Position numbers and translations under genes: made by a program. A stretch of DNA of 64,000 nucleotides from Camelus dromedarius (taxonomy: Eukaryota): positions 42,348,001 through 42,412,000 of the forward strand of contig NC_087447.1 of NCBI RefSeq assembly GCF_036321535.1, written 5' to 3'. Below the pieces are notes generated by a model. The model was not told the DNA's origin. It ran no database searches and worked only from the letters and a program-made list of their open reading frames with translations. Below, in pieces: positions 13,931-26,927 of the stretch. Positions within the stretch are counted from its first letter, which is position 1. Every line of letters starts with the position of its first letter.

Positions 13931-16446
13931 AACAGGAAGGAAAGGGCCCACAGATCTGTAAAATTATAAAACACAAATCAAATAAAGACATATATTAACT
14001 GTTCAAATTAGGAAAAAAATATTATTTCAACCACTGGTTAATCAACAACTTTCTGGCATTCTTGGATATAACAAACTATCACATATTAAGAAGAATTTCT
14101 AAATTCACATGGTAACTATTATTACAGCTATTAATTATCATATATTTTAAAGATCTTTGTAATTTCATAATTTAAAAAATAAATTTAAGTTAAAATATCA
14201 CTAACATCAATCTTTAATCACATAAACCCCTTAAAATGTGAGTAATTATGGTGTTACTGTCAACAGTTCGGCAAATACTGATTAGGCTTCAGAAGATGCT
14301 ACAATAAATCTTTCATATGAGTCAAAGTATAAATGTAACTTCTGGATGCTAATACTAATTATAGGTCCCTCTTCAAGCTGCAGTCTTCTAGCAAAGAACC
14401 AGGAGAACTAAAGCAACAGATGGGTCATTATATGCCATTAGTTGAGGTAAAACTGCTAATACTCAGGTTTAAAAACTGTTAACCATAACAAAAAACTACC
14501 TTTCTAAACAATTTCTTACCTTCTAATTATTCTCATCAGCCCAGATAATTCAACATTCATCCTTAACCCACCTCATCAAAATTCAATAGCCCCAACTCCA
14601 TCTCTATCTACTTTAACTCCACTTACCAGTACTTACAAAGTGTCAGATACTATAGAGATAAAAGATCACCACTATAAAGTAGGACGGGAGACTAATTCTA
14701 ATTAGACTGACAGGTCACTTTTTATTAGACCCTAAAGGACGTGAATCCACAGAGAGCAGAGAAAAGATTTTTAAAAGGAAAAGAAGTATGGGTTATGTTA
14801 AAGAGACAGAGAATGAAAGCGAACAGTGAAAGACAAAAATGAATAGGTAAATTGTGACCACATCAAAATTTATTAAGTGTGAACTTTTGGGGGAAGTTTT
14901 TACATGATCAGATCTATGCTGTAGGAAGATAAGGTCCTGAACCAGTATGAAGGATGTAATTCTAAGATAGACAATAAAACATTATAGGTAGAAAACTATT
15001 ATTACTTTAATAACTAATAACAGGCCTGAAAAACTTCTACCCCACAGTTTCCCCTACTCCCCAAGTCTAACTATAAAAAAAGAAAAAATACATATCTCAT
15101 AAACAAATGCCCCTGACCCTACTCCCTTTAAGCCTACAATCTTATTCCTGCCCCCTTACTAGCATTTCACTCACTAACCTTGCAATAAGAAATTTGTTTT
15201 CTCCAAAGCTACCAATATTTTAAAAGCTCCCCACCTATCCCCCCGCCAAAGTCTTCATTTTACTTTAACTTCCCTCATTTAGAAATGTCAACAATCCTTT
15301 CTTTTTCTAATAGCTTTTTACTTATTATAAAAGAAATTCATGCTTACTGGTAGAAAATCTATGAAATTTGTTTAAAGTAAAAGGAAACTAAGTTACCTCA
15401 AACACCAATCTTCTTACTTACTTCCTTTTCTCGACTTCCTCCCACTGTTATGCACAATTCTTCAGCCTCCTTTTCCCTGTTTCTCAAAGTCCCCAAAATG
15501 GACATGGTCTAATGGGTAGCCTGCCAGTCCACCCCACAAATTACTCAGTGACTAAAAGAAAAACCCACTTTGAATCAAGCTTATCGTTAATGTGCCACAG
15601 ACAGAAACAGTAAGTAAAATAATATATGCAACAACTATGTCTGAAAAAGAAAATTGCTTTCTTATAAATATTTACATGGTATTATCTTTCTTTCAGATCT
15701 TTAACATGCTGTGTCACTGAATACCTTCCTGTCTAACAGTCCAAGAATCCAGGGACTTTCCCTCTTCCTAATTCTTAACAGTATCTACTTTGTGATATTT
15801 CTAATTAAGGAATGTTAACTGCTCAGACTACAAGATACTTTGTCTTCCAAAAATATATACCATACTCTCATAAATATTTGCTGAATTTCTAGACATGCCA
15901 AATCGTCCCATAAACGTGTTATCACTTTACATTTCTCCAGATCTAAGATTTTCATTAATTAAACAGTTCATAAGCCTTTAATAAAATAAAGTTAACCATT
16001 TATAAATAAATATATCACTTCCAGTAGTAATAGCAATCATCTGTGAGGATTCCAGATATGACTTAGGAAGCTCATGAATTTTAAAGATAAACACAAAATA
16101 TCAAGAAACTTATTAAAGCTAAGTCCTCTTACTTTTTTTCACAGAAAGCATTTGAAAAAGCAGCATTTCTGCCTACATAACCATTTTATAGCACATTAAG
16201 CTTAGGAATTGAAGGTTTATAAGAGATTTAAATGAGATTTATGGTTAGGAAAAATTTTAGTTTCAGGTTGTAAGAGCTTAACAGAAGGAGATGAGCAGTA
16301 TGACTAAAGGTCTGCATATAGAAAGTTTTCCACTGAATGCTGGCAGCTAAAGCAAGAAGAGAGCAGAGACATTAATGTCTGTTATAGTAATCTGCCAAAA
16401 CCTTCAGAGTTATTTTTTTCTTACAAATGAAGAAACAAGTATTTCT

Positions 16447-16448
<2 letters not shown>

Positions 16449-16494
<46 letters not shown>
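16449..16494. repeat. (GT)23 microsatellite
   Basis: Perfect dinucleotide run. Confidence 0.97.
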
Positions 16495-16496
<2 letters not shown>

Positions 16497-19400
16497 ATGT
16501 GCCAGCATGCGCATACAGGCAGGAAAGGACAGTCCTTGTATCCAAGAGCAGTCTCTCAAATGTAAGAAACAGTTAATGTTGAATGAAAGAATACCAAATG
16601 CATATTCTAGAGTACCTAAATAATTTTAATTGCACTTCTACATATACTAGAATACATAGCTTAAAATTTAAATAAGTGACAGATCTCTGTAACACAAATC
16701 TATTTTAACAACTCAAAGATGAGTATTCTTAACATTTCTAACTTACTCATTTCTCTTTGCATTCAACAAATATTTACTGAGAGCCTATAATGTGCCAGGC
16801 ACTGTGCTTATAACAGTGCCAATTTTCATGCTGCAATAATGCTATCTACTAGTGATCTCAGTGTCCAAATAATATGTACTTGTGTTCTTTCTCCCTTAGT
16901 GCTGATCATTTTACACTGATATGTACAACTACTAAGTTAGTAAATGGAGATAGGAAATGAAATGTACTGCCTATTGAATTGGTTAATCAACTGGCACTTA
17001 AACAATAGTTCAAATAATGTGGAGAGAACTTAATAGGTGCCAAATGCTTTCCCAAAATGTTTACATCCATCATCTCACTCAACACACACAACAAAATGAC
17101 ATACCATACTATTACCACTTTCATCTTACACATAAGGAAAATGATGCTTAGAGGTTAAATAACTTTTCTAATATCCTCCAGCAAGTATAAAAATCTTTCA
17201 GTAGTTAAAAAAAAATCAAATGGCTAAGGGAGTTTTCAATTATACTTATACTTTTAAATGATTTTCTTCAATCTTTAAGGCAAAGCTTGTTAGATGGAAG
17301 ATATTTCAAATTGTGATACAACAATGAACAGTGGGTTCCAAATAATAACAGCAGTTCAAGAAAGATAAAAATTTGTAACATATTACACAGTAAGTCAGTA
17401 GGGAATACTAAATAAGATGTATCTTGAAAATATCTGCCAAAAAGAGTGTCCCTACTGTGTCTTTAACAATCTAATGAAAGTTTAATTTTATCTATATGTA
17501 ATATAAAAAAGCATATAAACACCCTAAAAATCCTTGAAGTGGACGTGGTACAAGAGATCCAAAGCCTATATTGTTATCTATAGACAGTAAAGCCTACCAT
17601 CGACAACCAAAGAATTGCAGTAACAAAAGACAAAAATTCCTGACCTCATGAAATTCAAAAATTATACTGGGGAAAACAATAAGTAAAATACATATGATAA
17701 ATCAGTACTATAGAGAAAAATAAGAGAAGGAAGATAGAGAGTGTGGTAGTCAGATCGCTCCTTATGGATGTGGAGACAGTTGAAAGAAGTGACAGAACAA
17801 GTCTAGGAAATAACTGACTAGGAGGGGGTTACAAGCAGATGGAATCACTACAAGATGAGCGCACTTTTGTTTCGTTCTTAAACTACCTGCACTATAATGC
17901 TTTGATAACATTTATAATTTTTACAGTTAGTGATTACTTCACTTAGCTGAAGAGATCCATTCAAATGTCAACTGATCTTTTTCTTTAACTAAATGAATCA
18001 AGATGTAACTTCAATGAATGAGACATCACAGAATGATCGGTTTACCCTATCTTATCCAAAGCAAGAGCTTGTCAGAAATAAAATGCTACTTTCTTATTCT
18101 CACTACAGTCAAGCTTCTTGAAGACTTATCTGGGATATATTTCCTAAATCAAAGTTCTGCCACAAGGAAGTCAAGGCAAAAAGTATTCAAACGAAAGCAT
18201 TTCATTAAAATGGAATCAAGATAAGAAATGAGAATAAATATTCTAATTAATAGAAAAGTTACCTAAGGAAAATTACTGAAAAAAATCTAGGTGCAATAAT
18301 TGAAAGAAATTTGCAAAATGTAAATAGCTAACAATCACAGAAACACGGACCAAATATCAAGTTTTCTTCGACAGAAAAGGTAAGCAGTGTTCACTATTCT
18401 GGAGTATTCCAAAACCCTAACAGGAGCTTAACAGTTAAGTAAAAAATGCTTTGAATATTATTTTGATTATTTATCTCCCCAAAACTAGCTTGTGAAATAC
18501 TTACCCCAGATCTCTACTACAAGACATGAGTACCTACAACTCAACATTCAATACCCACTAGAGGAATAAATTTCAAATTTGCAGGGCATATTATTCAATT
18601 TTCCACAAAGGAACCAATTTTTTCAAATAATAATTTTTAAAATTAATAATTACACACAAGTATGTTTAGTCAAAATAATGTGCTTTAGGGTAAAGTAATG
18701 GTAGAAATCACTATTACTAAACTTTTAGTGTGTCAAGACTTATATGCATAAACACATTATGAACAAAATAATGTTCATCTTAATCTGTCAATCACTAAAC
18801 AAATCAAAATAAAAAGTGATCCATATCTCCCTCCACAGTTTAGTAATGGTTCAAAGTGGGGATTTCTTTCAACTTACTATTTTATATCCAAAAGAAAGCT
18901 AACCTCCCAAGGTGACTTTGAGCCTAGAAATTTAATCATCACTCTTGGCATGATCTAATGGTTTTATTTACACATAAAATAGATTTAACTTTTTGTTTTG
19001 AAATAATCTTACACTTAGTTTGTCTAAATTCTGTAGGTGGTCCTAAAATATTAGTTCTTTGAGGCCAGAGATGTTTAAAACAGAATTGTATCTTGAAGAT
19101 ATTCAATTAGAAATACTCTTGGAAGTCAATATAAATAATGCTGTTTAATTACATACCTACCAGTTAAGAGTATAAAATAACTGAATTTCTCTTTTAAAGA
19201 GGGACTTCTCTTTACGTTAAAAAAAAAAAAGAGTACACTAAACCTCACTAAAGCTGGGCAAATACATAGGAAGGCATAGGAAGTGACAGCGATCCTTTTA
19301 AGAAGTCTTTAAAATACTCACTAGAATATAAGTTTCTGAAATTCAGAAACAAAGAACGAAACTGAAGATAGTACAATAAAGTACCCACATAATAAGGCTG

Positions 19401-20031
19401 TTTTCCAAAGGGTGGTCTCCCCAAAAAATATGAGGAAAAAAGAAGTTCATATGGAGCTTGGCACATTTCAAGGCACTCTTACAGTCTCCCTTGACCGTTC
19501 CAGCAACGCTGTGGCCTAATTTTATGAATGGGAAAAACTCAGCATCATAAGATTGAGCGACTTGCCCAAGGTCAGTCAAGAAATTAGTGGTGCAGCTCTA
19601 CCTAGAAGGGTGCACTTCACCTGACACTTTTCAATACATCGCCCTGCCTCCCCGACTGAGGCGTTATTAGAGTAAAAGAGCAGTGAATCAGACTCCTTTA
19701 GGTATCCGCACTACCCTCACCCGGCCAGAGAGGCGGGGGTTCGCCTCTGAAGGCGCTCCCCAACAGCTCGGCCGGAGAGAAAGTTGTGCAGGTCACCGAT
19801 CAGCCCAGTTAAGTGACAAGCTGACAGGCGCAGCCCCCAGTGGATCAGCTCTGCATTCCCAGGAGCCCCTCCAAATCCGGCGCCAGCGAGACTGCTCCCG
19901 GAAACGTCTGAAAAACCTCCCGGTGACTTTCGCCCCCTCCTGGGCGCGAGGAACGAGCTGGGAATGATCCAGAGGGCGGCCGGCCACCCGAGCCAGCCAT
20001 GTGTCCAGCCCGTCACGCCCGCCTCGCCTCA

Positions 20032-20452
<421 letters not shown>

Positions 20453-20485
20453 GGACCCGCCGCACTCCGCAGCGGCAACCGGCGC

Positions 20486-20500
20486 GAAAGGAAAGAGAAG
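20486..20500 (-). promoter_or_regulatory. Pyrimidine run CTTCTCTTTCCTTTC, TCT-initiator/5'TOP-like; probable TSS region
   Basis: 15 consecutive pyrimidines about 110 nt upstream of the ATG. Confidence 0.55.
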
Positions 20501-20558
20501 CGCCAAGGCCCCGGATAGAACCTCTTCTCCTCGGCGTGGAGGCGGGAGATGCTCCGGC

Positions 20559-20568
20559 CACTTCCTGT
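20559..20568 (-). promoter_or_regulatory. ETS-family site (ACAGGAAGTG)
   Basis: Consensus match in the proximal promoter. Confidence 0.5.
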
Positions 20569-20589
20569 CGGCGCGCTCGCAGAGAACCT

Positions 20590-20602
20590 TGGGAGTTGTA
20601 GT
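20590..20602 (-). promoter_or_regulatory. ACTACAnnTCCCA motif (ZNF143/THAP11-HCF1 class)
   Basis: Exact ACTACAACTCCCA on the minus strand. Confidence 0.7.
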
Positions 20603-20623
20603 CCACTTGTGCGGTCCGCAGCC

Positions 20624-20629
20624 CACGTG
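20624..20629. promoter_or_regulatory. Canonical E-box CACGTG (MYC/MAX-type flanks, CCACGTGG)
   Basis: Sequence match in the promoter; IPO7 is a reported MYC target. Confidence 0.6.
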
Positions 20630-23299
20630 GCCCTGAGCTGTCGATCCTACGGACGAGACTTACTATTCAAAAAGAAAAAATGTTCAAAGTACACAGAAAG
20701 AAAATTAAAACAATGAATTACAAAGATTTCACGTAATAATATACCTATGGTGGCCATAAGGTAAGTCTGATGCAATGTGTGATGCTAGCAGCTGTGTAAT
20801 TGAAGGAAGCCTTTTGAAAAGCAATTTGAGATGAATTTCTAAATACCATAAAAATGTTCATAATCTTTGACCCAAGTAATCCTATTTATAAGACTATCCT
20901 CAGAAAATAGCACAAACGATTAAATGAGCTTTATGTGTGAAAGGTGTTTAATCACTTACATATTTAAAATCATACTAAAATTATGGCAGGAGCTTTATAC
21001 AAATCACCTCTAAATACAGAATAAAAGCAAAATCCCTATTAAAACCCACCTTCTTCAAAACAGTCAAACAATCTTAAAAAGTTTAAATAACTTTCCCAAG
21101 GTCACTTAGTAAGTGTGGATTTCAAACTTAGGACGTTCCTGTTTTCAAAGTTTTCATTCTCTCCACTGAATTTTGAGAACCCTGCTTCTCAAAAGAAATG
21201 TGGAACAATACGGGAATGGTTAAGCAAATTACAGGAATCCAGTCAATTAATTTTTCACAGCCATCAGAAATTATAAATATTATATACCTTGTAACATCTA
21301 TATATGCTGTGTATATATATGTATATATGTATATATATGTATTATATATACAGCTTTGTAACAGACAAAAACTGGGGAACAAGGCTGGCAAATGAAAATA
21401 GTTGATTTTCTAGGATGGTGAGATTTTGAGTAATTTCTTTTCATATCTGTTATTTTTGTAATAAGTTATGTATAAAATGAATCATAAGCCTTCAAATCCA
21501 GTTTGTTAAAGGATCACTTATTGTTTTTAGTTTGCAAAAAGGAAAAAGGGGGCACAAAAGCCTTTCTCTGGAATAGTGGGCATTGCAATACTAATCCCTT
21601 AGGTGCTAGCCACTGTGCCTAGAAGTAAAGTATAATTATTCCTAATTTACAAATGAAGACTCCAAGGCTCATTTTACTTAAATTGTGAAAGATCATAAGG
21701 TTTTCATAATATAACCTGTAGCTAGATCTATCGTTGTAATGATACAGTCTAAGAATTTCATTTCCCTATTCCATTCCTCAAATGTAAGGGCCTTGAAAAT
21801 AAGAATTATGTTTTGCATCTTCACCTCCTATGACAGAGTTTGAATGTCTATCAGGAGTTCAATAAATAGTGAGTAAATGAAGAAAGGAATGAATGAACTA
21901 GTAATAACTTCTCGGTGGCTGAGACAGAATCGATACCTCAATCTTCATGATTCCAAAGCCTTTCCTTTACTACATAGCTATTTTAGATTCCAGAATTCAC
22001 TTGTATGTCATGGAATTGTGACAATTACAGCATAGCACAATGTATAAAAAGCACATAGAAAGTGCTCCAAAACCATTAATTCCCTCTCCCTGAAACTGGA
22101 AGGAGCAAGGAGTTATGGGGGATTGCTTTTAAGCTATAGTACTGGGAACTGAGAGCCAGCAAGGTTTGCAGATCTACAGCTGGAGTGGGGACCTGCGTCT
22201 CATGCTTCAAAGAGAGTAGAGCCCATAGGGTACTAGACCCTGTCTAGGGAGCCAGAGTTCCTTTATCCAGACAAGGAGCTTGGCTTCAGGACCATTCAAG
22301 AGCTGGCGGCGCAGTTACCACACCCAACTTACTTATAGGTTTATTTTTATTTTGTTAAACTACTAACACAGAAAATGTGACTTATATGACTGGTAATTTA
22401 GATGTCATTGCCTCCAGGCCAGGGACCATGTCTGTCTCTTTGTGGCAGGCATAGAAATGAGCGTGTGATCAATAAATAAGAGTACGAAGAGTAAAAGGAA
22501 AAGCACCATGTTAGGCCAGTATAAACATAAATAGAGAACCCTACCTCACCCCTCAATCCCAGTACCCAGTGCCAAAGGGAATATACATATCTATGCTTGC
22601 TTGGGCTACTTAGTCTAAGGAATGCAGGGAGGTATAAAACACTGGGTTTCAGAGCTAGTTTTGAGCTAGGGTGAGGTTCCACAAAAATCAAGAAAAGATA
22701 AGGAACAATGCAGTGGTGATTTGGTTAACTGATTTTATAATAAACATAATGGTTCTTTTAGTCAAACAGAAAAAGCCTGTCTGGCTGCAGGTAAGAGGAG
22801 GGGGAGAGGTTCAGGGAGTGACCGTAATAGCTATGAGGGAATAAAAAGAGTTAATCTTTCCTTTACAGCCTCCACTGGAGGCTTTTGTGGGTGAACACCA
22901 ATGACAAGGCCCTTGAGCATAAATGTCTAGCACTCAAAGACATCTTAAGACTTGGTCTAATCTGTCTGACATGACTGGATTTTGTCAAGACATCCTGTAA
23001 TTACTGAAAGCCCACATCCTATATTGCCTATGTTAGGCCTATTTCCGATATCTAAAACATTTCAGACAAAATTTTTCATGAAATTTAGTTTTTCTCAATA
23101 AAGATAATCATTATCTTTGTAACTAAGTGGGATTCATTTTTATACCTGGTGAGATTTTTACTATAAACAATTTAAAGTGTAGGGGGTAAAAAAAAGACAT
23201 GGAAGCTAAGAAAAGAGCTACTGATTACATTCTGAGGCTCGTACAAGCTGTGCTGCCTTGGCTAAATCTTTTGTACCTTATTGGCCCTCATTTTTTTTT

Positions 23300-23550
23300 G
23301 ACATTAAAATTATTTTTAATTTTTAAAAAAATTTACAATGCTGTATTACTTTCTGGTTACAGCATAGTGATTCAGTCATATATATATGTGTGTGTGTGTA
23401 TATATATATTTATATATATTATTTTTCATTACAGGTTACTACAAGCCATTGAATATAGTCCTCTGTGCTATACAGTAGGTCCTTGTTGTTTATCCTATAC
23501 ATAGTTTGTATCGCCAATCCCATACTCCCAATTTATCCTTCCCTTCCCCT
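23300..23550 (-). mobile_element. L1 3' UTR fragment inserted in a MIR
   Basis: Same motif family; TSD tggccctcattttt. Confidence 0.8.
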
Positions 23551-24014
23551 TGGCCCTCATTTTTTGTTTCCATCATCTATAAAATGAGTAAATAATTCTA
23601 CCCCAGGCTCCCCAAATTATTCTGAGGATCAAATGAGGTTGGAAAGTGCTTTGAAATTATAAAGCTCAGTATAAACATAAATTGTTATTGGTATTAAGGA
23701 AAAGGCTGAGGAGAAAAGGAGCTAAGAGAACAAGGAAGGAGAGCTATAGGCAGTGAAGAAATGGAGACTCTGCAAAGCATCCTTCCCAGCAGCTGTAAGT
23801 TTGCACTTTCAGCAGTTTGGTACATATGTGTCTTTATAAAGCTTAGTGTATGCAAGGAAAGATTAAAAGACAATCTTGTGTTGAAACTGTCACATGAAGA
23901 CCATTTTACTATTGCATTTCTTTTAAGTACACTGACCTACACAAAATTGAAGTTTATGCCTTAAATCATATAAAAATCTTTAAAGGTCAGCTTCATCAAG
24001 GTATGATTTACATA

Positions 24015-24107
24015 GGGGTATGGCTCAGTAGTAGAGTACATGTTCAGCATGCACGAGGTCCTGGGTTCAATCCCCAGTACCTCCATTAAAAAACAAACAA
24101 ACCAAAA
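24015..24107 (+). mobile_element. vic-1-type SINE
   Basis: tRNA-like body; TSD-like aaggtatgatttacata/aaggatataatttacata. Confidence 0.88.
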
Positions 24108-25560
24108 AGGATATAATTTACATACAATTCAACAAGTTTTCACAAAGTTATACACCCATGTAAGACCACCATCATTGACATATAGTTTATATCCATCAGC
24201 TCTTCCCAGTCAATACTTATATACTCAGCCCCATGCACATATACTCACCAATGTGCTTTCTATTAACTATCAATTAGATTTGCTTTTCCTAGAGTTTCAT
24301 GTAAATGGAAGCATTCAGTAAGCACTTTTTATGTCTGGCTTTTTTTTTTTCATTCACTATAGTGTTTCTGAGATTATTTCTATGATGTTAAATGTATCAG
24401 TAGTTCCCTCCTCGTTGCTAAATGGTAGTCTATTGACTGGGTATACAACTATCCATTCATCACTGGTGGACCTTTGAGTTACTTCCAGCTCTTCACTATT
24501 GTGACTAAAGCTGATATGTATATTTATGTACAAATATTTGTGTGGATATATGTTTTCATTTCTCTGATAAATAGCTAAGAATGAAAAGGCTGGTTTGTAC
24601 TGTCAGTATATATGTAACTTTATAAGAAACTCAATCATTTCTGAAATTGTACAAGTTTGCATTCCCACCAACAATTATGGGCATTTCATCGTTTTATACC
24701 TTCATCAACAGTTTGAATGCTCAGTCTTTTTAAGTGTATCTAGTGGAGTGGATATGTCATTAAGCATGTCATGGGTAGTATACATCTCTCTGATGACTTA
24801 ATAATGTTGAGCATCTTTTCATGTGCTATTATCCATTTTATGATCTTCTGAGAAGTATCTGTTTTGTCTGTTTTTAAAATTGGGTTGTTGCCTTACTGCT
24901 ATTAGGTTGTAAGATACTCTGGGTACAGTTCTCTCTGTCAGATTTCTGTTTTCCAGTTTTCTTTTAAGTCTGTCTTTCTATTTTAATTGATCTTTCAAAA
25001 AGCAGTTTTCTGTTTTGATAAAATTCAATTCATCTATTATTTCTTTCATAATTGTGCCTTTTATGTTCTATGTAATAAATCTTTCCCACTTGAAGATTGT
25101 ACAGATTTTCTCTTATGTTTTCTCCTAGAAATTTTACAGTTTTAGCATTTATGTTTTGGTCTGTGATCCAGTTTGAATTATTTTTGTGTATGTATGGTGC
25201 AAGGTAAGGGTTGAGTTAATTGTTTCTGCATATGGATATCCAGTTAGTACAATTTGTTAAAAAGTTTACCCTTTGAACATTGACTTACCTTGACACTTTG
25301 TTGAAAAATCAGTTGACTAAATACATATGTGTAGATCTATGTTTGAATTGTCTATTCTGTTCCATTGATCTATTTATCTGTCCCTATGCCATGTTTTGAT
25401 TTGTGAAGCTTTCTAGTAAGTCTTTAAAGTCAGGTAGCGTAAGTCATCCAACTTTGTTACTCCTTTTCAAAATTGTTTAGACTATTCTAGGTTATTTGCA
25501 TTTCCAAATACATTTGAAAAATTCAGCTTGTTGATTTCTAGTTTTAAAAAAGTCTGTTGG

Positions 25561-25639
25561 ATGAAGTGAACTAATATTGCATTATAGGGGTCTGAGAAAG
25601 AGAAGAAAAAGAAAGGACCTGAGAAAATATTTAAAGAGA
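25561..25639 (+). mobile_element. Short L1 ORF1-like fragment between direct repeats
   Basis: Frameshifted TNIRIIGV...PEKIFKEI-like coding; flanked by aaaaagtctgttgg on both sides. Confidence 0.65.
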
Positions 25640-26238
25640 TTTTAAAAAGTCTGTTGGGATTTTGATAGATATTGCATTTAATCCATACATCAATTTGGGT
25701 AAAATTAATATCTCAATATTGAGTGTTGTAATCCACAAACATGTTATATCTTTCTATTTATTTAGATATTTATTTTAAAAATGTCTCTCAGTAATATTGT
25801 TAGTTTTCAATGTACAGATTGGCATATATTTTCTTAAATATGTCCCCATGTTTTATATTATTGTTAATGGTATTTTAAAGTATAATTTTCCAACTGCTGT
25901 TGCTTGTTTCAAGAAATACAATTGATTTTTGTATTTTGACCTTGCATCTTGCAATTCTGCTAAGCTAGCTTATTGATTTTAGTAGTTTCTTTTCTATGTT
26001 CCTTAGAATTTTCTGTGCACATAATTAGGTCTTCTGCAAATAAAAAGTTTTTTTTCCTATTCTTTAGCCATAGACTGTTCACAAATTTTCTTTATCAGAT
26101 TTTAAAAGTTCCCACTTGCTCCTAATATTCTTAAAGTTTTTGACATGAACATAGTGTTGAATTATGTCAAATATTTTTCAAGAGATATATATATTATTAT
26201 ATGAGTTTTTTCTTTATTCTGTTAATGTGGTAAATTAT

Positions 26239-26927
26239 ATATTTTTTATTGAGTTATAGTCAGTTTACAATGTTGTGTCAATTTCTGGTGTACAGCATAA
26301 TTCTTCAGTCATACATGAATATACATATATTCTTTTTCATATTCTTTTCACCATAAGGTACTATAAGATATTGAATATATTTCCCTGTGCTCTACAGTAT
26401 AAACTTGTTTATGTGTTTATACATACTAGTCAGTATCTGCAAATCTTGAACTCCTAGTTTATCTCTTCCTACCCACCTCCCCCCGGCAGCAAGTCTGTAT
26501 TCTATGTCTGTGAGTCTGTTTCTGTTTTATAATTAAGTTTATTTGTCTTTTTTTTTTTTTAGATTCCACATATGAGTGATATCATATGGTATTTTTCTTT
26601 CTCTTTCTGGCTTATCTCCAGGGCTATCCATGTTGCTACAAATGGCATTACTTTATCATCTTTTATGGCTGAGTAGTATTCCATTGTATAAATATACCAT
26701 AATTTCTTTATCCAGTCATCTGTTAATGGACATTTAGATTGTTTCCATGTCTTGGCTAGTGTAAATAATGCTGCTATGAACACTGGGTTGCTGGTGTCTT
26801 TTTGAATTAGGGTTCCCTCTGGATATATGCCCAGGAGTGGGATTGCTGGGTCACATGGTAAGTCTATTTTTAGTCTTTTGAGGAATCTCCATACTGTTTT
26901 CCACAATGGCCGCACCAAACTGCATTC
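26239..26927 (-). mobile_element. Same-family L1 3' end nested in an older L1
   Basis: ORF 26559..26918 is L1 ORF2 C-terminus-like; 3' UTR matches the 47.6-48.0 kb copy; TSD aatgtggt(a/g)aattat. Confidence 0.93.
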
